A DNA stretch of 64,000 nucleotides. Origin: Candidatus Bathyarchaeota archaeon. Lineage in GTDB: Archaea; Thermoproteota; Bathyarchaeia; TCS64. The DNA lies in contig JASFTK010000001.1 in NCBI GenBank assembly GCA_050053595.1, positions 25,842 through 89,841 on the forward strand, written 5' to 3'. Numbering within the stretch: the first letter of the stretch is position 1; each line of letters opens with the position of its first letter. Positions 19,233 to 27,655 of the stretch are shown here, piece by piece. The notes under the pieces are model-generated. The model was not told where the DNA came from and did not search any database. It saw only the letters and a program-made list of their open reading frames with translations. A program made the position numbers and the translations under genes.

Positions 19233-20717
19233 CTATCTCTCCCATTTCTCGCCTATAGGGTAGATGCCCCACGGGAGGTTTTCATAGTCCAGGGTGCTCA
19301 GGTCAGCCGGGCCCAAGCCGGGGGGGTCAATAGGGTAGTCGACGGTGGACCAGGTGTCCCAATAAGCCTTGTGATGGACCCGACTTTTTATCTCGACGAT
19401 CTCAAGGCTGTCTACATCGATGCCGATTGTCTTCAACGGATCAGCGCTCATGGGAGCGTAGAGCTTCTCCGTGACAACTATGTGGCGGTTTTCCCCGATG
19501 TCTAGGCTCGCGATGAGGTCGATCTCCTGCTGGGCGCCCCGCCTCATAGGACCTGTCTCGACCCACTCCGCTGGGCCAAGATGCTCGATGACGCCTGTGA
19601 CGGTGACGGGGTTTCCAGATATCTGATGGAGCCACCCGCCTATGGTGACGGTGACCGTGTCACCCACCTTGTGGTTCTCCTTCAACTCCTCCAAGACCTT
19701 GGGGTCGGCAATACCGGTGGAGCACCAGTTCTTGGCCCCCTGCTCTATCAGCTCCTTTAGGATGTGGGTGCCGTCCCCGAGGCGGTCGTCATGGTAGGCG
19801 ATGACCACAGGCATCTCCCCCCTCTCAACCATCCCGATGACCTCCGCAACCCCTTCCGCTGCCTTGGGTAAGCTCCGGGTCAGGGCCTCCCTGAGACTCC
19901 AGACGAGGTCACTGAGGTCCTGGGCTGCCTCCTCTGCAAGAGCACGGTCGCCATCGGTGACGACAAAGACGGAGACCCCAACATCGGGGACGTCGGCATA
20001 GGCGTAGCCCGGGGCGACGGACGCGCAGTAGGCTCCTTTTTCCTCCCATTCCCTGCAGCGGTCGTAGACGGTCTTCATGGGATGGTAGCCGCTGGCTTGG
20101 AAGACGCTGGCACAGACTACACCTGGCCTCCTGTGGGCCATGGCGGGTTTAAAGTTGCCTCGGATGGTCTCGACCATACACCGGGCGGCAGTGACCCCGA
20201 CGTCGTGGGTGTCAAGGTGGGGGTATGTCTTGAGGATGAAGACGCCATCTACCGCGTTGGCGAGTTCGATGTCCTCGTTGGCGTGGAGGTCTAGGGTGAC
20301 CATGATGGGTATTTTCCCTACCACTTTCCTGACTCTGCGGGCGAGCTCCGCCTCTGGTCGGGGGACCCCTGTGACTGCCATGGCGCCGTGGAGGGCCAAG
20401 AGCACCCCATCTAGCTTCCCAGCCCCCTTCAGGCGGTCCATTATCCTCCCCGAGATGACGTCGAAGGACTCCGTGGTGTTCCAGCTCCCGTATCCCGTTG
20501 TAGCAGGCCAGCTGGTCCTGATAATGCCGACGAGCTCGACGTCCTCCGCCGCCTCCGCGACCTCCTTGTACCCGGTGAGATACCCTTTCCCTTCCCCCTC
20601 CGTGTCGAGAGTCTCTTCCCCATACTTTATCCCGCCCTTCTCCCAGAGTTCCAGGGTGGAGATCTCAGGGCAGAAAGTGCAGGTCTCATGAGAATAGTTT
20701 ACCACTGCGATCCTCAA
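19233..20717 (-). CDS. M81 family metallopeptidase (MlrC/microcystinase-like)
   Basis: The N-terminus MRIAVVNYSHETCTF matches the MlrC-family DUF1485 start. 494 aa. Confidence 0.75.
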   Translation of the reverse strand: MRIAVVNYSHETCTFCPEISTLELWEKGGIKYGEETLDTEGEGKGYLTGYKEVAEAAEDVELVGIIRTSWPATTGYGSWNTTESFDVISGRIMDRLKGAGKLDGVLLALHGAMAVTGVPRPEAELARRVRKVVGKIPIMVTLDLHANEDIELANAVDGVFILKTYPHLDTHDVGVTAARCMVETIRGNFKPAMAHRRPGVVCASVFQASGYHPMKTVYDRCREWEEKGAYCASVAPGYAYADVPDVGVSVFVVTDGDRALAEEAAQDLSDLVWSLREALTRSLPKAAEGVAEVIGMVERGEMPVVIAYHDDRLGDGTHILKELIEQGAKNWCSTGIADPKVLEELKENHKVGDTVTVTIGGWLHQISGNPVTVTGVIEHLGPAEWVETGPMRRGAQQEIDLIASLDIGENRHIVVTEKLYAPMSADPLKTIGIDVDSLEIVEIKSRVHHKAYWDTWSTVDYPIDPPGLGPADLSTLDYENLPWGIYPIGEKWER

Positions 20718-20794
20718 ATTTCAAACCTCTTGATGTGTTTCTGTCTCCTGATATATTAGGATGTGGAGCCCGCTACTTGAGGGCACCCTCCCAG

Positions 20795-21994
20795 TCAGCC
20801 GGGGGGTCTTACCCTATCCTTGACTAAGACTAGGATAAGGACAGCGTCTACCAATGCCAGGACGAGGTTGATGGCTATGGGGGCGTTGAATCCGAACCTG
20901 TCGAAGAGGAGACCGCCGATGAAGGGGGCGGGGAAAGCTATCAGCCCCCTGAAGGTCCCGTAGGAGCTTATCTCCTGACCCCTCCTCTCCTTGTCAACGT
21001 TGCTGGCTATCCAGGCCTGCTCGGCGGGTGACCACAAGCCACCTGCAACCCCCATGATGACCTGGGCAGCGATGACGGAATAGAAGTCTTTAGAGAAGAT
21101 GACAAGGCCGAGAGAGACTACAGCCATCACCTGAGATAAAAATAGGAAACGGACGTAACCGAGCCTGTCCGCAAGCCTGCCGAGGAGGATCTGGCTCAGC
21201 GCCATCGCCCCAGTCATCGCCGATACGGTGATGCCGAGCATGTCGGGGGTGAAACCGTAACCGCTGGAGAGCATCCCGTTAAGGAGCCTGTGTCCCATGT
21301 TGAAGGCGAAAAGGTCGAGAGACATCGCAGCGTACCAGCCCCACATGTAGCGGGGAGGCTTGAAAGAGTTGATGAGGGTCCCGGCGATCTCCCGCCATCT
21401 AGGAGGGGAACTATCAGTCTTAGCCATGGTCTCAGGGAGCCTCAACCAGACAACCACAAGGCATAGCAACCCGAGAAAAGTGGCCGAGCCGAAAACAGTC
21501 CTAAACCCGTAAGTCTTGGCAACGAAGCCAGTGGCTAGGGTAGCCACAAGGCCTACTCCTAGGTGGAAAGATCCTATGATGCTGTAGGTGTGTCCCAGCT
21601 CTGATGGTTCTGAGGACTCGGCTATCAGGGCGTTCCAGACGGGATATATAGCAGAGGACATCCCGCTGAATACGACCCCGATGAATATATGGGTCCAGTT
21701 ACTAGCGAAGACGTAAGTCACCGCCGCTGCAAGTATCAGTATATCCCTCACAATGATGAATCTCCTCCTGCCGTAAGCGTCGGAAGCCCTCCCCACTAAG
21801 GGCTGTACGATGATCACGGTGAGGTCAAGGAGACTCTCAAGACCCCCGAGACTGGTCATGGGGACCCCAAGGCTCAGTACGAAGGGTTGCCAGATCACAC
21901 CCCATATGCTGAAGATGGTCCCTCTAAGGGCTGATATTGTGGCCAGGGTGGCGACCCGCCCCCGTCTCCTCAGCCTCTCCATCAAGGACATCAA
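20795..21994 (-). CDS. MFS transporter
   Basis: A 399-aa polytopic membrane protein with MFS topology. Confidence 0.8.
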   Translation of the reverse strand: MMSLMERLRRRGRVATLATISALRGTIFSIWGVIWQPFVLSLGVPMTSLGGLESLLDLTVIIVQPLVGRASDAYGRRRFIIVRDILILAAAVTYVFASNWTHIFIGVVFSGMSSAIYPVWNALIAESSEPSELGHTYSIIGSFHLGVGLVATLATGFVAKTYGFRTVFGSATFLGLLCLVVVWLRLPETMAKTDSSPPRWREIAGTLINSFKPPRYMWGWYAAMSLDLFAFNMGHRLLNGMLSSGYGFTPDMLGITVSAMTGAMALSQILLGRLADRLGYVRFLFLSQVMAVVSLGLVIFSKDFYSVIAAQVIMGVAGGLWSPAEQAWIASNVDKERRGQEISSYGTFRGLIAFPAPFIGGLLFDRFGFNAPIAINLVLALVDAVLILVLVKDRVRPPG

Positions 21995-22147
21995 GTTTCC
22001 CTCGGTACCTTATCTTTCACACAGTCTATGGCTATAAGAATTCAGTTCGTGCTAAAGGAAAAACCGGAGGGTCAGATCTACCTTTTCATGTCCTGACCAT
22101 ATCGGGCTGGGCTTCAGGCTCTGCGTAAAAGGTTTTATCCATGGAAA

Positions 22148-22642
22148 GTGGCCCATTGTCTCTTGATCTCGATGGTTAGCCAAGGTGATATTGATGAGTT
22201 CGGGGATCTCTGGGCTCTTCTGTACTGTGTTTTCTCCAGGGAGATGGTGGACACTTTCGGGGAGGAAGGTAGGGCAGCCTTGATCCGGGCTGTCAAGGCT
22301 TACGGGAGAGCACGGGGGGATAGGTTGAGGGAGAGACATCAGGAGCAGGGGCTACCCATAAACCTGAGATCCTTGTTTGAGCACTATGACCTACCCGGGC
22401 ACTCAGGGACGGTGAAGGAGAGGACCACCTTCGAGGACGATAAGCTCATCTCCTACACCTATGGGTGTCCCTACGAAACTCAATGGAGGGAGCGAGGATG
22501 CCTCGACGTTGGGAAGATCTACTGCCAGTACTTCCACCACGCCTTCTGGCAGAGTTATAGATCGGACCTCGATGTCCAGCTCCCTGAGATCCTCACAACT
22601 GACGACCCTCACTGCCTCTTCGTCGTGACCCAGCCAAAATAA
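22148..22642 (+). CDS. hypothetical Cys/His-containing protein, possibly ATC-hydrolase-like
   Basis: A 164-aa ORF with GCPYE...CQYFHH. The family assignment is tentative. A later Met may be the true start. Confidence 0.45.
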   Translation: MAHCLLISMVSQGDIDEFGDLWALLYCVFSREMVDTFGEEGRAALIRAVKAYGRARGDRLRERHQEQGLPINLRSLFEHYDLPGHSGTVKERTTFEDDKLISYTYGCPYETQWRERGCLDVGKIYCQYFHHAFWQSYRSDLDVQLPEILTTDDPHCLFVVTQPK

Positions 22643-22643
22643 T

Positions 22644-23819
22644 TCAGCGGTCTGAATGCTCTTCCTTTATCCTTTTCAGGAGGACCTCGTCGGTGAGGAC
22701 GTCTATGGCTGTGTGGGCGAGACCCTTTGCTCCGATAATGACCGCTTCGTGGGCGATATCTGATAATGTTGCCTCAGCCGCTTCGTAGGAATGCAGCGCG
22801 ATGTCCTCGCCGATGAAGATGGAGGCGCTCGCTGCTGGTATCGCATGGCTCACTGTCCCAAAGTCGGTAGAAGCCCCAGGGCTCTCGGAGGGGGTCTCGG
22901 GGAACTGGGCTCCAAGGGTTTCGAGGTTTGCCTTGAATGTTTCGGAGAGGGCCATGTTGGGGACCTTGTTTGCATAGGTATTCGCGACCTTCCTGAATGT
23001 GACTTTCGTCCCAGTTGCCAAGGCTGCCCCTCGGGCGCAGTTCTTCACCCTCTCCAGGGTCTCCTCCAAGAGTTCCATGGTAGGGGCTCTCACGTAGAAA
23101 TGGGCAGAGGCGGTTTCGGGGACGATGTTGGGGGCAGCACCGCCGTCCTTGATAACCCCATGGATCCGGATGTCCCGCCTGATGTGCTGCCTGAGGGCGT
23201 TTACCCCTTGGTAAGTGAGCAGGACGCCTTCCAAGGCGTTGATACCCTTCTCGGGGATAGCCCCAGCGTGGGCGGCTTTCCCCTTGAAGTAGATCATGAA
23301 GGACTCCCTCGCCAGGGATGTGGATCCCACCCCATACCGGTTGGAGGGGTGGACCATGAGAGCGGCGTCCGCCCCCTTGATCTCCTCTAGCATGATGACC
23401 TTCCCCCCAGCGTTCTCAGCGTAACCCTCCTCAGCAGGGGTCCCGAAGACGATCACCGTCCCCTCAAGATCCTCTATGACAGCCCGTATACCAACACCCG
23501 CCCCCAGAGCAGCCGAGGCGATGATGTTGTGGCCACAGGCGTGACCAAGCTCAGGCAGTGCATCGTACTCAGCGAGTATAGCGACGGTCGGCCCCTCTTT
23601 CTTCCCCCTGAGGACCGCTTTGAACGCTGTGGAAAGCCCTGAGGTCCCCCTCTCGACCTCAAAACCTAATCTTTCTAGCTCCGACGCCAGGAGCTCCGAA
23701 GCCTTATACTCCTGATGTCCCAACTCGGGCTCTTCGTGTATCGCGGTGCTGACCTCGATGAGCCTTTCCCTATGAGCGTCGATCTCCCTAGAAGCCGTTT
23801 CCTTCAGAGATTTGACCAT
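22644..23819 (-). CDS. M20 family amidohydrolase/peptidase
   Basis: Metal-binding motifs HACGHN and EEG plus a dimerisation domain, giving hippurate-hydrolase / AbgB-like architecture. Confidence 0.8.
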   Translation of the reverse strand: MVKSLKETASREIDAHRERLIEVSTAIHEEPELGHQEYKASELLASELERLGFEVERGTSGLSTAFKAVLRGKKEGPTVAILAEYDALPELGHACGHNIIASAALGAGVGIRAVIEDLEGTVIVFGTPAEEGYAENAGGKVIMLEEIKGADAALMVHPSNRYGVGSTSLARESFMIYFKGKAAHAGAIPEKGINALEGVLLTYQGVNALRQHIRRDIRIHGVIKDGGAAPNIVPETASAHFYVRAPTMELLEETLERVKNCARGAALATGTKVTFRKVANTYANKVPNMALSETFKANLETLGAQFPETPSESPGASTDFGTVSHAIPAASASIFIGEDIALHSYEAAEATLSDIAHEAVIIGAKGLAHTAIDVLTDEVLLKRIKEEHSDR

Positions 23820-23867
23820 GGAATAGCTTAGCCACTATCAACTAAAATATACAGCGGTCGTGAACGG

Positions 23868-24512
23868 CTATCTCCCAGGGCTGGTAAGTAGCACCATCCC
23901 TCCGAGCTGGCTCAGCCGTCGTCCCGCAGCGGTTTCAACCTCAACGATTGTGGCTTTTATCCCTCTGCTCTTTGAGGCTTGCAGAAGCCTCTGACCCCTC
24001 CTCCTGTGGGCTGCCAGAAACTCATCGGTGAGGATCAGGTGCTCAGGCTCAGGCCCCCCATTGGCAAAGTAAACCTTCTCCACCGCCCCCAAGGAGTATA
24101 GGATAGCGTCGGCACGTTCATCGTTCAGTCTCCGCTCTAGCAGCCGAAGAATGCTATCCGCTTCCCCATGGGTAGCTTCGTCGAGAGCATTCTTGAACTC
24201 GTCGGCTCTGACCAATACGGAAACCTCATCCGGGGAGGTAGCTGAGCCCTCGATCTCTACAAACGTGGCAACCCCGGTCATCCATGGCTGGTGCTTGGCG
24301 ATGTGATCAAGGAAGTCCCCGGCGTAACCCTTTCTCGGGGGCGCTGCAACGACCAAACTCCCCACCCCCTCACTGAGTATTGGTCTCAGAGCGTCTACCA
24401 CCCCCTCAAAGAAATTGTAGAGCCCCTTCCCCTTGACCTCGATAGTTGCATGGGGCTTAACTACCCTGCTGAAGACCCTCCAGACCACAGCCTGACCCCC
24501 GTCAAAGCCCAC
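23868..24512 (-). CDS. eRF1/Pelota-superfamily paralog (central and C-terminal domain only) with N-terminal GGQ
   Basis: The C-terminus GIKATIVEVETAAGRRLSQLGGMVLLTSPG aligns to eRF1 domain 3 ([30 protein letters not shown]). LVVAAPPRKGYAGDF matches eRF1 domain-2 LVLAGSADF. GGQ occupies residues 5-7 after a GTG start. Confidence 0.6.
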   Translation of the reverse strand: MGFDGGQAVVWRVFSRVVKPHATIEVKGKGLYNFFEGVVDALRPILSEGVGSLVVAAPPRKGYAGDFLDHIAKHQPWMTGVATFVEIEGSATSPDEVSVLVRADEFKNALDEATHGEADSILRLLERRLNDERADAILYSLGAVEKVYFANGGPEPEHLILTDEFLAAHRRRGQRLLQASKSRGIKATIVEVETAAGRRLSQLGGMVLLTSPGR

Positions 24513-24876
24513 TAGAACAGCGACAGGATAACCCCGCCTATAACCTCGCCTCCTTCTTGGCGTCTTCAGTCCCCCTTTCCCCCTATGATTTACCCTACGG
24601 GGTTTAAATTTTCCACACGCTTCTGCAGAGGCGTCTCAAAAATGTTGGGTCTTTTACCTGCGACCTAGACCTAAAGACCAACTGCTCCAAGGGAGAGGCC
24701 CGGTTTAAGGGAATATCTCTGCGTCCAAGTCTGGAAATCCGAGAGCTTGGTGCTGAACCCCTCTCTAAGGTTGGTGATCCTTCCAGAAAGGAATGTCTTT
24801 AGCCCGTAACCGCGGGATGTTTCTCTTGAATCCATCTATCTTAAAAACCCCTTAAACTACGAGTATCCGTCCTGTC

Positions 24877-26058
24877 ATGCCTTTGAACGGTGAGAGAGCC
24901 TTCGAACTGATGCAGAGGGACGGGGTTGATACCCTTGTCGCCTCATCGACTGAGAATGTCTACTATATCTCCAACTACTGGAGCGTTGGGAAGAGGTTGG
25001 GATGCGGCATCGACGCATTTACTATACTCCCCATAGAGAGTTACCCCGCTCTCGTAGCGCCCCTCAACGAGGCGGATCTTATCCTTGAGAACCAGACCTG
25101 GATGCAAGACCTGAGGTTCTACGGGGGGACCAGGACCTCAGTTGGGGACACAGAGGAGCCCCCAGAACAGTTGGCTGCTCTAATTGAGCTCCACAGTTCC
25201 TCACAGCCTGGGGAGAGCGGGGTTAAAACCCTCATCAACGCCCTTGAGGAAAAGGGGCTGACCAATGGAGTGATCGCTTTGGACACAGGGGGTCTCACCC
25301 CGATCCAGTATGAGCGTATCCAATCCGGGTTGAAAGATGCGGAGTTGATCGATGGTTCAAGTCTCCTCAGGGAGATGAGGCTGGTCAAGACTGAGGATGA
25401 GATTGACAGGATTATGAGGGCTACCGCTATCACCGAGAAGTCCATGGAGGACGCCCTAGAGATCGCCAGGGACGAGATCACCGAGTTGGATCTGGCGGGG
25501 ATGTTCGGTTACTCCGTTGCCTATGACGGTGGGCGGGTCACACAGAATATGATTGGCTTCGGTCAGAGGAGCGCTTATCCCAACCCTCTCCCCACACCCC
25601 GTGAGGCTAGGAAAAGGGATCTAGTCCGCCTCACCCTTGGCTGCACCTGGGATCACTATCATTCCAATATATCCCGGACCGCTGTGATCGGCCGCCCCCT
25701 TGCCAAGGCCAGACGGGTAGGGGAGTCAGTTATCGCGGCCCAGGACGCAGCCCTAGACATCGTCGAACCAGGGGTGAAGGTTGGGGACCTCTACTCCGCC
25801 GCGTCCAAGGAGCTGGAAGGGGCAGAGGTGAAGACCAGGTCTCCCGACATCGGCCACGGCATCGGCATCGAATGCTATGAAGCTCCTGCGATCACTGAAG
25901 GGAGCGAGACCGAACTTCTCGAGGGGATGGTCATCAACATTGACATCTCTCTCCTAGAGTTGGGTTGGAATGGGATCCAGCTGGAAGACACCGCGCTAGT
26001 GACCTCAGACGGCCACGAGCTACTCACCCAGACCGACAGGACTCTATACCTCCTATAA
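24877..26058 (+). CDS. M24 family Xaa-Pro aminopeptidase/creatinase-like
   Basis: A creatinase-type N-domain plus a pita-bread M24 domain with HGIGIE. Confidence 0.8.
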   Translation: MPLNGERAFELMQRDGVDTLVASSTENVYYISNYWSVGKRLGCGIDAFTILPIESYPALVAPLNEADLILENQTWMQDLRFYGGTRTSVGDTEEPPEQLAALIELHSSSQPGESGVKTLINALEEKGLTNGVIALDTGGLTPIQYERIQSGLKDAELIDGSSLLREMRLVKTEDEIDRIMRATAITEKSMEDALEIARDEITELDLAGMFGYSVAYDGGRVTQNMIGFGQRSAYPNPLPTPREARKRDLVRLTLGCTWDHYHSNISRTAVIGRPLAKARRVGESVIAAQDAALDIVEPGVKVGDLYSAASKELEGAEVKTRSPDIGHGIGIECYEAPAITEGSETELLEGMVINIDISLLELGWNGIQLEDTALVTSDGHELLTQTDRTLYLL

Positions 26059-26118
26059 TCTGACTCTTTATCTGAAAAGAGTTGACTTAAATTTTTCAAA
26101 ACCACAATTTTAGACGAT

Positions 26119-26571
26119 ATGGTGGAACTTGACACGGTAGATATAAGGATCTTGGAGATCCTCCAGAACAGTGCAAGGACCCCCTACTCTGCCATAGCCC
26201 GTGAGCTAGACATCCCCGAATCCACCGTGAGGTATAGGGTGGATCGGCTCAGGGACAAAGGCGTCATCACCTCTTTCATGGCGCTCTTGGATCCACGGAA
26301 GATCGGCCTCAACATCATCGCTATCGCCCTGATAAAGGTGGAAGCGAATCAGCTGGCAGAGGCCTCCGAGGTCCTCGCCACCTTCGACGAGTCCCACCAC
26401 CTTTTCAGGAGCACCGGCTCCTTCGACCTCGTCTCGGTTGTCCACGCAAGGGACATAGGGCATCTAGATGACCTCATAGAGAGGATCAAGAGGATCCCGG
26501 GTGTGAGGGAGGCCTCGGTGGAGGTGGCGACCTACCTCGTGAAGGTGGAGCCGAGATACAAGCTGCGATGA
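26119..26571 (+). CDS. Lrp/AsnC family transcriptional regulator
   Basis: An N-terminal HTH (DIRILEILQNSARTPYSAIARELDIPESTVRYRV) plus a C-terminal RAM domain. Confidence 0.85.
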   Translation: MVELDTVDIRILEILQNSARTPYSAIARELDIPESTVRYRVDRLRDKGVITSFMALLDPRKIGLNIIAIALIKVEANQLAEASEVLATFDESHHLFRSTGSFDLVSVVHARDIGHLDDLIERIKRIPGVREASVEVATYLVKVEPRYKLR

Positions 26572-26590
26572 TACCACGTTCTGATCTACA

Positions 26591-26652
26591 ATTTTGCGTT
26601 AATCGTAATTATTACATATAATTATTACTGAAATCGCAAAATATTTATAATC
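26591..26652. promoter_or_regulatory. inverted repeat flanking a tandem 10-mer, plus a TATA-like element
   Basis: attttgcg (26591-98) is mirrored by cgcaaaat (26635-42). Between them, taattattac occurs twice (26606-15 and 26619-28). atatttataatc follows at 26641-52. Confidence 0.4.
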
Positions 26653-26702
26653 ACGCCATATCTTTGTCGTGAAAAGGGGGAATAAAAATAGCGCAAGCAC
26701 CG

Positions 26703-27113
26703 TTGGCTAGCACACTCATCGCGGTTCTCCTGTTACCAGTGGCCTTCCTGTTCACGCACGCTTTCATAACCGGGAGAAACAGGGGGAGCGGCCATAGCAA
26801 AGCTGGTTTAGTGGCGTTGATATCCGATCTGGTAATGTCCCTGGGATACATGATAAATAGATACTTGACGGCGGGCAGTGGAGGGGGCAGCCTCCATCTG
26901 AGTGGCTGGATCCTAAATCTTTTCATAATCCACGGTATCGTCTCGGCGATTGTGATCCTTTTGGAGCTGGGCGTCCTGGCAACGGGAGTACTGACCTGGA
27001 GGGGTAGAATAAGAGGACCCTGGCACAGAAGGCTGACCTATGTCCTGTTCCCACTCTGGTGGTTCTCCTTCTTGAGCGGCGAGGTCGGCTACCTCCTGCT
27101 CTACGTGCTATGA
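26703..27113 (+). CDS. hypothetical integral membrane protein
   Basis: 136 aa with 4 predicted TM segments. Possibly DUF420-like. Confidence 0.5.
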   Translation: MASTLIAVLLLPVAFLFTHAFITGRNRGSGHSKAGLVALISDLVMSLGYMINRYLTAGSGGGSLHLSGWILNLFIIHGIVSAIVILLELGVLATGVLTWRGRIRGPWHRRLTYVLFPLWWFSFLSGEVGYLLLYVL

Positions 27114-27163
27114 GCGGAGAATGGGTTCCCAGCTACGATAGGATTCATAGGAGTGCACGGTAG

Positions 27164-27655
27164 ATGCAGAGTAAATCAACGATGGAAGGAATAAAGGGGT
27201 ATATCTACGTTGTTCTGGGCACTATCGCCCTCGCCCTCGGCGCCGTGGGGCTGCTTCTACCCGTCTTGCCGACTACGCCCTTCGTAATCCTCGCTGCTGC
27301 CTGTTATTATCGGGGATCTGAGAAGCTCCACACTTGGATCCTGAACAGCAGATGGTTCGGCGAACTGATTAAAAACTATCAAGAGGGGAGAGGCATCACC
27401 CTGAACGTGAAGATTAGGGCTATCTGTCTCATGTGGGTTACAATCGTTATATCCGCTGTGTATTTCGTCAACAATCTTATTGTCCGCAGCCATGGTCGGT
27501 ATCGCAATTTGCGTCACAATCTATCTTATGAGGCTCCCTACAACCGAAGAGAACTAAGGGAGGTTAGTCCTCTTCTGACTCCATTCTCAATCCAGGAGAG
27601 ACAGGGGCAGGAAGTGCATAAAGGGGAGGGAGAGGGGCTTATTCCACATAGATAG
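27164..27655 (+). CDS. YbaN/DUF454 family membrane protein
   Basis: VVLGTIALALGAVGLLLPVLPTTPF is typical of DUF454. The 3' end overlaps the convergent leuS by 17 nt. Confidence 0.65.
   Translation: MQSKSTMEGIKGYIYVVLGTIALALGAVGLLLPVLPTTPFVILAAACYYRGSEKLHTWILNSRWFGELIKNYQEGRGITLNVKIRAICLMWVTIVISAVYFVNNLIVRSHGRYRNLRHNLSYEAPYNRRELREVSPLLTPFSIQERQGQEVHKGEGEGLIPHR

Noticed and set aside
24700-24770. ggtgctg and gtctggaaatccgagagc strings reminiscent of the SRP-RNA helix-8 motif
   Set aside because: The similarity is short and imperfect, and no flanking Alu- or S-domain helices are evident. It is kept only as part of the broader non-coding-tract finding.
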